From Pseudomonadota bacterium (GTDB lineage Bacteria; Bdellovibrionota_B; Oligoflexia; Oligoflexales; CAIMVM01), in contig JBAXBA010000014.1 in assembly GCA_037142195.1 (NCBI GenBank), positions 1 through 56,203 on the forward strand: 56,203 nucleotides of DNA, written 5' to 3'. Shown one piece after another: positions 19,825-30,405 of the stretch. The notes beneath the pieces were generated by a model. The model searched no databases. It was not told the origin of the DNA and worked only from the letters and a program-made list of their open reading frames with translations. The translations under genes were made by a program, and so were the position numbers. Every line of letters begins with the position of its first letter. The stretch's first letter is position 1.

Positions 19825-21042
19825 ATGTCCGAAGAATCCATTGCAGCTCAGTTTCATATAAAGATTCCTGAAAATCTCAACACCAATCTGCCTGTATTGA
19901 TTGTTGAGGATCAGCAAGACATGCGCCTTATCATATGTCATCATTTGAGCAAGCTCCAGTTTAAGGATGTGATTCAAGCCTCAAATGGCTTAGAAGCAGT
20001 GAAAATTCTGAGGGGAAATCCAAAAATCTCATTTATTATTGCCGATATGGAAATGCCCTCTATGGGCGGACTGGACCTGCTCAACGAAATTAAAGAAGAT
20101 ATTAACTTACCCAGGGTTCCTTTTTGTCTGATGATGGAGCAAGTCAGTAAAGAAAAACTGATGTTGGCGGTGGAGCATGGTGTCGATGAGATTATTGTAA
20201 AACCACTTAAGCTTGGCGATATAAGACCCAAAATGGCATCAGCATTTAAAATCTATTATAACGCAAATAATCCAGATCAAGTCTACGAACTCGCCAAAAA
20301 ACATCTTCGCAATCAGGATTATGCCAATGCAGAAACGGTCTTTACACAGCTTTTGATAAACGCCCCAAAGGCGGCAAGACCTCTCGTTGGACTTGCGAGG
20401 GTATGCGTGGCTAAATCAGAAAGCTCAAGAGCTTTAGACTATCTCGCGGAAGCAGAAAAAAACAACCCTTACTATGTCCATTTACACTCCCTACGTGGTC
20501 AAATTCTATGCGATCAGGGGGATTTTGAACTTGGACTGAAGTCTCTTTATCATGCTGTTGAACTCTCGCCTCTAAACCCGCTCCGATATCAAGATGCCGT
20601 CAATCAGCTTTCCAAACGCAAAGAACACGATAAAATTGCCAGCCTACTTGACTCTGCCGTAAAGCAAGGGGTTCAGTTTCCGGAGCTCTATCGATTTTTA
20701 AGTGAAGCTTTCTACAATCTAAAAGACTATAAAAAGGCCATTCGCTACATTCGTACGGCTCTAGATGCTGATCAAAATAATATCACGTTCCTAAATCAGC
20801 TCGCTATTTCCCTTAAAGAGTCCGGCGAAACCGCAGAATCCATAAAAATCTATAATAAAGTCATTAAAAACGACCCGGAAAACCTCCAAGCCCTTTTCAA
20901 CAAATCCATCCTATATTCGCAAACCGGCCAAGTGGAAGAGGCCCTGAAAATATTGGAGCGTCTGGTCAAGAAGCACCCCGATTTCGACCGAGCCAAGCAA
21001 AAATATGATGAGCTCAAAGCTGCCAGCCCCAAAGCTAGCTAA
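19825..21042 (+). CDS. Response regulator receiver domain fused to TPR repeats
   Basis: LIVED, IADMEMP, IVKP receiver motifs; multiple TPR-like helical repeats downstream. Confidence 0.88.
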   Translation: MSEESIAAQFHIKIPENLNTNLPVLIVEDQQDMRLIICHHLSKLQFKDVIQASNGLEAVKILRGNPKISFIIADMEMPSMGGLDLLNEIKEDINLPRVPFCLMMEQVSKEKLMLAVEHGVDEIIVKPLKLGDIRPKMASAFKIYYNANNPDQVYELAKKHLRNQDYANAETVFTQLLINAPKAARPLVGLARVCVAKSESSRALDYLAEAEKNNPYYVHLHSLRGQILCDQGDFELGLKSLYHAVELSPLNPLRYQDAVNQLSKRKEHDKIASLLDSAVKQGVQFPELYRFLSEAFYNLKDYKKAIRYIRTALDADQNNITFLNQLAISLKESGETAESIKIYNKVIKNDPENLQALFNKSILYSQTGQVEEALKILERLVKKHPDFDRAKQKYDELKAASPKAS

Positions 21043-21187
21043 GGTCGAATCAGGGAAGGGCAGGTTTGACAGATCTCCTCGCGGTTCCCTTTAAAACCTC
21101 TATAACCAGGGGGATCCAGAAGATTTAGATTGCCCGCCACCATAGAACTCGAGTAGGTTTCGGTAAAATAGCGGAGCCTCCCCCAAA

Positions 21188-22255
21188 ATGACAAAATATA
21201 GTCGCATGTTAAGTTTAGCCTGCTCGGCCCTAATTCTAACGAGCGCCAATTATGGAAAATCCGAGAGTTTCAGTCCTTCCAGTCTCCTTCCCTCTGACCT
21301 TACCGCTGCAGATCCCGTCACCCTTCGCAGCGTTTGGGCTAAAAATTTCAAACTGGAAACCCTTTGGGAAACCGCTACTGGAAAAGGCGTAAACATTGCC
21401 GTATGTGATAGTGGATTCTATCTTGGTGATTCTGACCTAGATGAAAATATACATTTGGATCGGGTACTAGATGTTATCAACGGGGACCAAGTTGTTGACG
21501 ACTCCAGGTTTGCCGACCAAGGAACCGCCTCCCTCAGTATTATCGGTAGTGTTCAGAATGGCACGGGCATGACGGGTATCGCATTCCATTCCAAACTCAT
21601 ACCATTGCAACATTTTCATTATGATTCCGATTTAGATGGCGACGTCACGCTCCCCGAGGCGGGTGCAAAATGTATCTATCAAGCCATTAAAAATATGGAT
21701 GTATCGATAGTACTTCTACAAAGTACTACCTATAGCGGATCAGCAGAGGCTGATGAACTCATTCGGTCTGCCATTCAAGACGCTACTAAAGCGGGCCTGA
21801 TTGTCATTCTTCCAGCAGGAGATGCTTCTAAAAGTCTCATCACCGAAAAGATATTTGAAACAAAATCTATTTTTGTCGGAGCTACTTTAAATAACGGTCG
21901 ACAAGCTCTCTTTTCAAACTACGGAGAAAGAGTGAATGTCGGAGCCTATGGAGAGAATGTCGAGGCTAATTTCGGGCAGGGACGTTTAGGGTCTCTCATA
22001 GGAACTGCAGCAGCAGCGGCTGAAATCACGGGGTTGGTCGCACTTTTCAAAGAAGTCAATCCATGCCTTCGCCCAGATGATGTGCAATCCCTATTTAAAC
22101 AGACTAATCAAGTGGATGAGTCGAATCGTCGTGTAGGAGGCCTCGTCAATCCGGTAAAGGCTTTGGAATTAGCTAAAAATATGCCGTGCCAAAAATCCCA
22201 AATGGAAAGCGAATTACTCTACAGATCACAACTATTGAAAAAGATGAGCTTATGA
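21188..22255 (+). CDS. Secreted S8 subtilase-fold protein with degenerate catalytic triad
   Basis: Signal peptide; GKGVNIAVCDSG, GMTGIA, FSNYG, GTAAAA; catalytic His and Ser positions substituted. Confidence 0.8.
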   Translation: MTKYSRMLSLACSALILTSANYGKSESFSPSSLLPSDLTAADPVTLRSVWAKNFKLETLWETATGKGVNIAVCDSGFYLGDSDLDENIHLDRVLDVINGDQVVDDSRFADQGTASLSIIGSVQNGTGMTGIAFHSKLIPLQHFHYDSDLDGDVTLPEAGAKCIYQAIKNMDVSIVLLQSTTYSGSAEADELIRSAIQDATKAGLIVILPAGDASKSLITEKIFETKSIFVGATLNNGRQALFSNYGERVNVGAYGENVEANFGQGRLGSLIGTAAAAAEITGLVALFKEVNPCLRPDDVQSLFKQTNQVDESNRRVGGLVNPVKALELAKNMPCQKSQMESELLYRSQLLKKMSL

Positions 22256-22875
22256 CACCAAGAAGAAAAAAACCTCTCATCGTGGTAACATGCCTAAGCG
22301 TTTTCTTTGTTGCCCCCCTACTCTATCTTTTCTACTACCAAAGCAAGTTAAAGAATCCTCCACTCACCATCGCTTTAGAAGAAGTGCCGCCATTTTTAAT
22401 GGAAGTAAACGGTGATAGAGAATGGTTTACCAACCAGCGGCTCCTTGGAAAAGTCACCTTCTTAAGCTATGTCCCTGAAATTTGTTCCGAAGTTTGTAAA
22501 GAGCAGGTGAAGAGCCTTGAGAACACAGTTGATGGGTTTATTCAGGAAATGCAAAAGTCCGAATACAACGACCAAAACAAACTGGAATTGCAAAGGGTCG
22601 GATTTACTTCCCATGATGAGATTGTCCTTGTTCGTAACGAGCTTTCCCAGCAAGACATCAGCTCCTTTTTCACTTTAATTCACAAGTCGGAAGAGGTTGG
22701 TGTTTTTGTTTTTGATCGTCTTTCTAGACTCGTTGGTTTTTTTCCAGAAACGGTCATCGCCACGGAAGAATCTAGAAGGCTTATGTCTAAACTCGTCTTC
22801 ACCAATTACATGGATGACTATTTAAGCCGCAGAACTTTTTTTGGCGTCAAGAAAGAATATCAGAAAAAAGATTAA
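22252..22875 (+). CDS. Membrane-anchored SCO/SenC-like thioredoxin-fold protein
   Basis: N-terminal TM helix, GKVTFLSY..CSEVC (CxxxC), downstream His and VFVFDRLSRLVGFF strand; ATGA overlap with upstream gene. Confidence 0.6.
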   Translation: MTPRRKKPLIVVTCLSVFFVAPLLYLFYYQSKLKNPPLTIALEEVPPFLMEVNGDREWFTNQRLLGKVTFLSYVPEICSEVCKEQVKSLENTVDGFIQEMQKSEYNDQNKLELQRVGFTSHDEIVLVRNELSQQDISSFFTLIHKSEEVGVFVFDRLSRLVGFFPETVIATEESRRLMSKLVFTNYMDDYLSRRTFFGVKKEYQKKD

Positions 22876-23229
22876 TCCCTAGAAAACGGGATCGGTCGCA
22901 GTTATTGATGAGCCCTTTATGACTGGAATGGAAATTTTCGCCCCCTAAACTATTTAGTTACCTACCATTACAGGCTGATGCCGAAGTCAACCATACTTGC
23001 CTTCCGAATCATTTATAGAGCATCCTGCAAGTATTTCCTTTGCCTTCTAGAGTGGAAAGCACACGAGACAGCATCCGAACCCCTCAAACACCTTGATAAC
23101 CATCAGACTCTTCCAAAATCCCTTTTTTGATAGGACTTTTGGAGTCTAGCCTTGCCGCCAACTCTAAAATCACGAGACATATCACAATTAAATGTCGTAT
23201 AATTCAGCATACAGGAAAGGGACTGTTTT

Positions 23230-23634
23230 ATGAAGAACACCATCATCAATAGGAAACCTCAGTTCATTCGAGGCGACTCGTCTATTACTGATACCATTCG
23301 ACTTATGATTTCTAATAAAATCTCAAGTGTCTTAATCATTGACGAAGGGCGAGAGATTATAGGCATTGTAACCGAACGAGATATACTTAGAAAAATATCA
23401 ACTCTTGATGTAGACATGAAGCTAGCTAGACCCATACGTACGATTATGGCGAGGCCGGTGAAATTTGTTTATGAAGATTCTCTTTTAAGTGATATTAAAA
23501 AACTTCATCAAAATCTTGATTGTCGCCATTTTCCTGTATTGAAAAAAAAGGACAGCCCTACCAATCTCGACAATCTTGTAGGAATTGTCTCCACTACAGA
23601 TATTTTTCATTACACCTTAAAAACTCTTCCGTGA
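23230..23634 (+). CDS. CBS-pair domain protein
   Basis: IIGIVTERDIL, RHFPVL, LVGIVSTTDI; GGAAAGGG RBS. Confidence 0.9.
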   Translation: MKNTIINRKPQFIRGDSSITDTIRLMISNKISSVLIIDEGREIIGIVTERDILRKISTLDVDMKLARPIRTIMARPVKFVYEDSLLSDIKKLHQNLDCRHFPVLKKKDSPTNLDNLVGIVSTTDIFHYTLKTLP

Positions 23635-23976
23635 TTTGACAGAAGGAGATGGTTAGGCAACTGAAAAAGAATCTTCGAAATTATAATGACTCCCTAAGCG
23701 CAGCGAATTAAATGCGCATTATTGATACTTTCACTTTTTAGGAGCAAAACTCTCCCACTTGCAATGCACTTTGCAACACCATGCTTAATTGAGTGGCTAA
23801 GGTAGATACGGATCCACCACATCTAGGCTCCCCCTTGAAAATAAGAAAAGCAGAGAAACTATTCGGAGCTGGCAATATCTGAACAAATCGCTCATAGGAA
23901 ATGGTATCTTACTCTGTCTGAACTCACATTTAATCAAAACGAAATAATTCGCCTTTATGAGCCAAAATGGATTTAG

Positions 23977-24345
23977 TCACTCCCATGAATACCCCCTTCG
24001 CTCTAGCTCCTTTTTCAACTGATCAAAATCAGAAGCCCAAAAGACCAAATATTCTGGGTAATTCTCCATGCTATGTTCCATTCGTAATCCTTGAGAAAGC
24101 CATCCATTGACTTTACTCAATTTGCGAATTTTCTCTCGGGGGATAGACCATCTCTTACCAAGGCACGCCACATCTAATTCTGAACTATCAATCGTCAATG
24201 AAGCGAATGGCCATGTAACATTGAAAGACCTAAATGAGGCCAGACCAACTCTTAGTCCTCCTCTTTGGGAAAATACTTCCTTCTTCACTAAATATCCTCC
24301 GAAGAGATTTAATAACATCAAGTTGCAATGATCGTTCCTAATCAA
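23977..24345 (-). CDS. Hypothetical protein (true start probably further downstream, near the VKKEV GTG)
   Basis: ORF with plausible composition (NVTWPFASLTID...VFW); no recognised family. Confidence 0.6.
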   Translation of the reverse strand: MIRNDHCNLMLLNLFGGYLVKKEVFSQRGGLRVGLASFRSFNVTWPFASLTIDSSELDVACLGKRWSIPREKIRKLSKVNGWLSQGLRMEHSMENYPEYLVFWASDFDQLKKELERRGYSWE

Positions 24346-24626
24346 GCTTACAATCCAGCCGGTCTTATGTTGTAATCTGTTCCGTACCTTTAATCGTCCA
24401 TGAACTACTGTGCATAAATGGCAATACTGGACCCAAACAGATGGCTTTACTCCTTTGATGAGTCCCCATTGGTTTCTCCGCGATTAGAAGTCTATTTCTT
24501 GTAACCGGCAAGGATGACCTACTCTCTGATGCCTTTGGCTCTTAGCTAAAATTTAGAGTCTTTGTGATGCCATAGGTTCTAGATTTCACATTCACTTAGA
24601 TCAGCGACTTAGCTTAATTTCAAAAG

Positions 24627-25100
24627 TCACGAGTTTTTCTTTTTAGAGAAATGAACTAAATTTTCTAACGCCTCCGCTCTCACATTTTTTTTTAGAAGCG
24701 GACTCCACCCCAAGAAGACTCCTGCGAGTCCTAAGGCCTGACGCGACCATCGCCAAAAGTTAAAAGTATCGACTTGTTGACAAACATTACCATCCGCATC
24801 AAATACGAACTGAGAACGAACTCTATTAGTCACAACCCTCCCAGTAGCAGCAAATAGATAGGTCGCCTCCCAACTTGCTGACGTATCTGACTCTACCACG
24901 TAGCTCAAATTCCAAGTCTCTCTTCCCTTGCGCAATATATTAGAAACCAGCAAGGCCCACATTCGGAATATTTAATCTCTTCCATGAAGCCTAAAAACTT
25001 CGTCAGAAAACGTGGCATTGGCAGCATATATTTTTGACATCTCTGAAGCGTCCAATCGCTTAAATGCGGCAAAGAACTCTTCTATTCTTTTAGTACTCAT
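24627..25100 (-). pseudogene. NTF2/SnoaL-like protein interrupted by a single in-frame TAA
   Basis: ATG 25100 reads MSTKRIEEFFAAFKRLDASEMSKIYAANATFSDEVFRLHGRD*IFRMW..., TAA at 24972-24974 in frame with the 111-aa ORF (WEATYLF..TGR.V.N, DTFNFWRWSRQALG). Confidence 0.85.
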
Positions 25101-25577
25101 AGCTATCTTTCTATAGAGTCCATCGAAACTCAAAAACGTACTTTCAACTTTTCATTCTATCACATTCACCTCATTAAGAAAACGAAGTACACCCCATTGT
25201 GGTTTTTTTTCGAAGGATTCTGAGATCCTTTGATTCCTCGTTAGTGGGAAAATCAATAAAAAAACGGGGTTTTTACCTCTTGTGTTGACATATAGTATCT
25301 TTCTACAAAAGCATCACATAGGTAGCATTTTTTTCCAGCTTTCTTTTCTCATTTAAAATGCAATAATCATAATCTATGCCGATCCATCTAAGTTCATGCT
25401 GGTGGCGTCATGATCGACCCCCATTTGTAATGTCAGTAAATGCAGTTCAAAATGCTGCTGAAAAAAACTTTAGTCCCTAGTGGCTCTCTTTTTCAAGGAT
25501 CATGATGCAACTTGCAACTTTTCTTAAGTTCCATTATGATTAATCTGTGAGCATAGCAATTCTTTTTTGAGGGCCCT

Positions 25578-26108
25578 ATGACAGCTATATTGGTACGTAT
25601 TTTATCCTTAACTATGATTTTCAGTACATTTGCATGTAAAAAAGATACCCTTCAAAAGCCTGCACCCGATGTTTCAGAACAAGGCGCCGACGCCAATAAA
25701 GTTGTAAAATTAGAAGACGCAACCAGTGCCGAAGAGATTCGGCTTTTGAGAGATTTTGACACCTTGAGTTGCGGCAAACAATGGGAATTTAAACTAGTCG
25801 GATTGTCCTTATCCATGATCGGCAGAGAAGGCTGTAAGGAAGTAAGCAAAGAAGAAACCGTCACATTAACATCAGAACAAAGAAGTCAAATTGTCGAGCA
25901 ACTGGCATCATTAAAATTGAAGCCTGCTGCTGTTGCACCCTGTCCGGCTCCTAGTCCAGAAACCATCATAAGCCTTGTGATTGCAAAAAAGGGCTACTCC
26001 TATCGGTCTGAAAACTGTGGTGAAGGTGGTTATGTTATCTCAGATGAAGATTTAGACACCACCTTTAAACTCTTTTTACGTTTCCATAGAAATGCGCCTG
26101 CACCTTAA
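25578..26108 (+). CDS. Putative lipoprotein
   Basis: Signal peptide with lipobox-like TFAC; GAGG RBS. Confidence 0.75.
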   Translation: MTAILVRILSLTMIFSTFACKKDTLQKPAPDVSEQGADANKVVKLEDATSAEEIRLLRDFDTLSCGKQWEFKLVGLSLSMIGREGCKEVSKEETVTLTSEQRSQIVEQLASLKLKPAAVAPCPAPSPETIISLVIAKKGYSYRSENCGEGGYVISDEDLDTTFKLFLRFHRNAPAP

Positions 26109-26810
26109 TTTAAGCCCACATTCCCGCGAAAAAAGATTCGTCTTTTTCACTAGTCGCTGGCGCGAAACCTCAAACCTTGCTCAACGCTTTTCCGGACAAT
26201 TTCTACTCTATTCAAGATCATCGGTTTAACATTGAGATGACATTTCCCTTGTTTTTGGTGCTTTGGCTTTTTTGTTTTTGCACTAATCCTGCGTCAATAC
26301 GCCGCGCTAGTGAGTAGGCAAGGGCCATGAAAGCTCGGCAGCTTTGTAGCGAAGTAGGCAGTCTCCAACTGTAGACCTACCCAAGTTAGTGCTTTCGGCA
26401 ATCTCTCGATGGGCTGAAACAGTAGGCCGAAAACTTGTACAAACTTGATCGTCCGTCTTGTAACTGCCTGTAATTAAACTATGTCCACCCCATTTCGTTT
26501 AAAAATTCGAGTTACAGTGGTGATGAAGACAATTCAAATCAAATTAAAAAAAAAGACTAGGAAGAGATATTGAGCGGGACACCCCCAAAATGCGCCGCAG
26601 ACAAAATCAAAGATAGAGAAGAAGCGGTATATACCAGTGGTATGGGCCATCTTGAAAGTTTTGTTGGTCCTGCTAAATGAATTGTGCTAGTAGGAATATC
26701 AAGTCACTTGTGCAAATATATCAGGTAACTTGCAGCATGAATGAATTTCCAACGCCCGTGTTTATGTGGAGCTTTTTACATTGTCGTTGAAACTAGCAAT
26801 TTGAAGAGCC

Positions 26811-28031
26811 TCAAGACTTTGGTGGGAGTTGGAATATTTCTTGTAGGCCTTCTCTCCAATGTAGACATCGGACATCACCCATCAGTTCTGCAGAAGGGTA
26901 TTCAGAAAGGTAGAAGCAACGGGTCGCATGATCTTTCGCTATTGTCCCCAACTTCCTGACCTCAACTGGATCGATGGATTTGGATGACTTAATTTCAATA
27001 AAAATGGTCTCATTTCCTCTGCTTAATACCAAATCGACTTCAACTCCCTCTTTTGTTGCGAAATAACTTAGGCGATAATCAGTTTCGCAGTAGAGATTCA
27101 TTCGCACAAATTCGAGAATGACGAAATGCTCGAAAAGCTCTCCATAGTATGAGGTGCCTGGAACCGGGGGGGCATGCAGCGACTGCTCCAGCGCTCTTTT
27201 GACGCCAATATCGAACATATAGAATTTGGGCGAAACAAGCTGACTTTTACGAATAGATTTGTGAAAACTCGAAAGCCTTAGACCGAGATAGGTCTCTTCT
27301 AGAACGAGATAGTAAAGTTGAACAGTTTTGACGTCTACGCCAACTTGGCGAGCTATCTTCGCGAAGTTAACGATTTTGCCACTCATTTGGGATGCTATTT
27401 CAAGAAAATCTCGAAACGGATCAAGCTTTCGAACAAGCTGTTCCATCTGTACTTCAGTCTTTACATAGGAACGAATATAGCTACGCAAAAATTTAACCTT
27501 GTCTTCCCTTTCCGAAAACGAGAATACCGCTGGAAGAGAACCGTAATTGAGGACGTCATCCAGGCGAAAAGAGTCACCTAGCTCAATGGCGGTCAAGGGC
27601 ATGAGTGAATATTCGAAGGCTCTTCCGCCGAGAAGGTTAGCTCCCTCTTTCTTTAGTTTTCTAGCACTTGATCCCGAAAGAATGAACTTAATTTTTTGTT
27701 TCTCAATAATGGAGTGGACAACATCCAAAAGACGGGGAACCTTCTGGACTTCGTCAAGAATCACCCAATCTGGTTTTTCTTTCAGTGCGGCGATCTCACG
27801 TTTGAGCCTCTCAGGATCTTTTGAAAACGATTCTTCTACATCATCATTCAAGAGATCAAAATATAAAGTCTTTGCTGAGTACCACATGCCCTTAGAGCTT
27901 ACATCTCCGGGCACGTCGATCCGCCAGTCAGGTAGTAATTGGTGCTCTATATAGGTGGATTTTCCTGTCCCACGAGCTCCAAAGAGGAAGAAACTTGAAT
28001 TTCGTGATGGCACTATAAGTCGTTTAAACAC
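26811..28031 (-). CDS. AAA_14 ATPase / DUF4143 protein (copy 3)
   Basis: GARGTGKS, ILDEVQK, LSGSSARKLK, LLGGRA, YGSLP, KFYMFDIGV, EVDL...IEIKS. Confidence 0.93.
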   Translation of the reverse strand: MFKRLIVPSRNSSFFLFGARGTGKSTYIEHQLLPDWRIDVPGDVSSKGMWYSAKTLYFDLLNDDVEESFSKDPERLKREIAALKEKPDWVILDEVQKVPRLLDVVHSIIEKQKIKFILSGSSARKLKKEGANLLGGRAFEYSLMPLTAIELGDSFRLDDVLNYGSLPAVFSFSEREDKVKFLRSYIRSYVKTEVQMEQLVRKLDPFRDFLEIASQMSGKIVNFAKIARQVGVDVKTVQLYYLVLEETYLGLRLSSFHKSIRKSQLVSPKFYMFDIGVKRALEQSLHAPPVPGTSYYGELFEHFVILEFVRMNLYCETDYRLSYFATKEGVEVDLVLSRGNETIFIEIKSSKSIDPVEVRKLGTIAKDHATRCFYLSEYPSAELMGDVRCLHWREGLQEIFQLPPKS

Positions 28032-28066
28032 AATCTTATCCGTTAGTTAATGATTTAATAGACCAC

Positions 28067-28103
28067 ACTCCATAATAGTCGACGATATTTGGAGTATTGT
28101 CAA
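28067..28103 (-). promoter_or_regulatory. Imperfect palindrome next to a minus-strand TTGACA, upstream of AAA/DUF4143 copy 3
   Basis: ACTCCATAATAGTCGACGATATTTGGAGT (28067-28095) centred on GTCGAC; TTGACA at 28098-28103 on minus strand; -10 spacing not ideal. Confidence 0.5.
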
Positions 28104-28938
28104 CTAGATCAGGTACAATTTCAAGAGCTCAAGTCTTTAGATGCATAAAGGTCCGGAATCTTTCTCTGACCGGATCATTTGAGTTGGAAAAACCCTTGGG
28201 CAGCTTGGTCTATCTTCAAGTAAATATTTTACCTCTCGTTTTCGGCAATTGTGATATCTGGCCGCTGTTAATCCTATGGCTGCCAGGCACTCAGAAAGAG
28301 GAATAGAATCTGAAGCTGTCTTAATCGCTTTAAGAATCTTTTCTTTTGCTGCCGAGGAAGGAAGTCTTTTAAACTGGATCTGAAAGCCAAAGATCCTAAT
28401 TGTGTTTAAAACTAGCTCTTGCTTAGCAGTTACTTGAGCGCGCTTCGCTTTTAAGGTCAGATTCTCAGAAATAAGGTCGGATGTGCTCCGTTCAAGTTCA
28501 GGAATCGTAAAAAACTCCCGAACTTCTTATTTCTTCCATATCTCCTAGGGTCCCCAGGGAAATCCCATAGGCCTCAAACTTTCTTAGGTCGCCCGAAGCA
28601 GCTACTAAGTTTTTTAGACGATGGACATAGCGCCGGTAATCTGATCTTACCATCGACATTCGTCCTTCCCATTTAGGCATGGTATATCGGAGAGAAGGAG
28701 TAGGATTTAACTAATTTTCGCTGAAAACACTGGGAAATGTATTGGAGTAGCGCACTGCGGTAGCTCTCAGTAAAAAGAGAATACTCAAGTAAATTAAGTA
28801 TTCCTAATTACTAACTCCTGCTGAGCCTATTTAGGCCAAGATAAAGCGACCCAAGGCGTTGCCAGCTATAGCTAGCAAGGATCGCCCCAAATAATGATAT
28901 AGGCTGTTCCACGAAGAAACTCCTAGGAGATTTACTTC

Positions 28939-30279
28939 TTAACCACGTCTGCTATCAGGCCGGCCGATACATTCATAGTAAAATCCCAAAGCCTTTAGTT
29001 CCTGAAAACTATACTGATTTCTAAAATCAAATACAGCTTTGCCTTTCATAAGAGTCGCGAGTCGACCAAAGTCGGGCCGTTTGTACTCAGCCCACTCCGT
29101 GACAAGAACTAAGGCGTCGGCGCCTTGGGCAGCGTCATAACTCTCTTTGGCATAGTGGAGCGAAGAAGTGGAACCCATGAGAGCTTTAAATGTCTCCTGT
29201 GCTTCTGGATCATGGGCTTTAACGGTGGCACCTGCATCTAAAAGAGCTTTAATTATGGTGTAGCTAGGAGTGTCTCTAACATCATCGGTTCCAGGCTTAA
29301 ACGCCAATCCCCAAACGGCAACTGTTTTCCCTGCCAGATTGTGATTAAAATAACGCAGGACTTTTTGAGACACATATTTCTTTTGAGTTCTATTGGCTTG
29401 ATTGGTTCCATTGAGGACAGAAAGCTCCACATGGGATTCCGCGGCTGTTTTCATAAGAGCTTCCACATCTTTGGGAAAGCAAGATCCCCCAAAGCCAGGA
29501 CCAGCGTAAAGAAACTTGCGCCCTATGCGTACATCTTGCCCCATGCCGCGCCTGATCTCATCTATATTTCCACCCACATGGTCCACGAGCCTTGCAAGTT
29601 CATTCATAAAACTGATCCTCGTAGCGAGCATGGCATTAGAAGCATATTTCGTCAGCTCGCTCGAAGGAATGTCCATAAATAGGATTTTAGAAGGGTCATC
29701 TTGTACGAAGGGGGCATAAATTTCTAAAAACTCATCACGACCCATTTGACCATCAAGGCCAATGACGATTCGATCCGGTCGCATAAAATCTTCAATCGCG
29801 GCGCCTTCTTTCAAAAACTCCGGGTTAGAGGCAATGGCAATATCAAAATGAACTTTTCTTTTGCTAAGCTCACCACGGATGATGGATGCCACTTCCCCGC
29901 ACGTCCCCACGGGCACTGTCGACTTTACAATAACTAAAGCTGGCCCGTTGACCTGCTCGCCTATTGTTTGAGCAACAGCGCGCACATACTTTAGATCCGC
30001 AGAGCCATTTTCACCCTCAGGCGTCCCGACGGCGATAAATATCGCGCGGCACTTTTCCAAGGCTTCCTTTGACGAAGTGGTAAAGGCGAGCCTGCCATGA
30101 CCCGCGTTTCTTCTGATGAGTTCGGAAAGACCCGGCTCAAAAATGGGGGAAATCCCCTGCCTTAATCCGTCAATCTTCTCCTGATTTACATCTAAACAAG
30201 TAACCGAATGTCCAACTTCCGCCAAACAGGTACCCGTCACCAACCCTACATATCCTGATCCAACTACGGTAATTTTCAT
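28939..30279 (-). CDS. ugd: UDP-glucose 6-dehydrogenase
   Basis: GSGYVGL, IAVGTP, KSTVPVGT, SNPEFLKEG, GFGGSCFPKD, GLAFKPGTDD. Confidence 0.95.
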   Translation of the reverse strand: MKITVVGSGYVGLVTGTCLAEVGHSVTCLDVNQEKIDGLRQGISPIFEPGLSELIRRNAGHGRLAFTTSSKEALEKCRAIFIAVGTPEGENGSADLKYVRAVAQTIGEQVNGPALVIVKSTVPVGTCGEVASIIRGELSKRKVHFDIAIASNPEFLKEGAAIEDFMRPDRIVIGLDGQMGRDEFLEIYAPFVQDDPSKILFMDIPSSELTKYASNAMLATRISFMNELARLVDHVGGNIDEIRRGMGQDVRIGRKFLYAGPGFGGSCFPKDVEALMKTAAESHVELSVLNGTNQANRTQKKYVSQKVLRYFNHNLAGKTVAVWGLAFKPGTDDVRDTPSYTIIKALLDAGATVKAHDPEAQETFKALMGSTSSLHYAKESYDAAQGADALVLVTEWAEYKRPDFGRLATLMKGKAVFDFRNQYSFQELKALGFYYECIGRPDSRRG

Positions 30280-30405
30280 GAAAAACTCTCTCTTATTTAA
30301 GAAAAATCAAAAAATTTGGTGATAACGATAAATAGCACTGACCCAGTAAAGAATCCGACTTTATGTTATACTTTATATGTCATTCAAAATACCAGCGGGA
30401 AACCT

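Noticed and set aside
26420..26500. Integrase att-arm-like sequence (AAACTTGTACAAACTTG...GTAACTGCCTGTAATT)
   Set aside because: No tRNA, integrase or second copy in the window
28498..28680. 60-aa ORF between AAA copy 3 and ugd (also short ORFs at 2184, 19150, 28097, 48501, 50065)
   Set aside because: Short, no recognisable motif; cannot be supported from sequence alone
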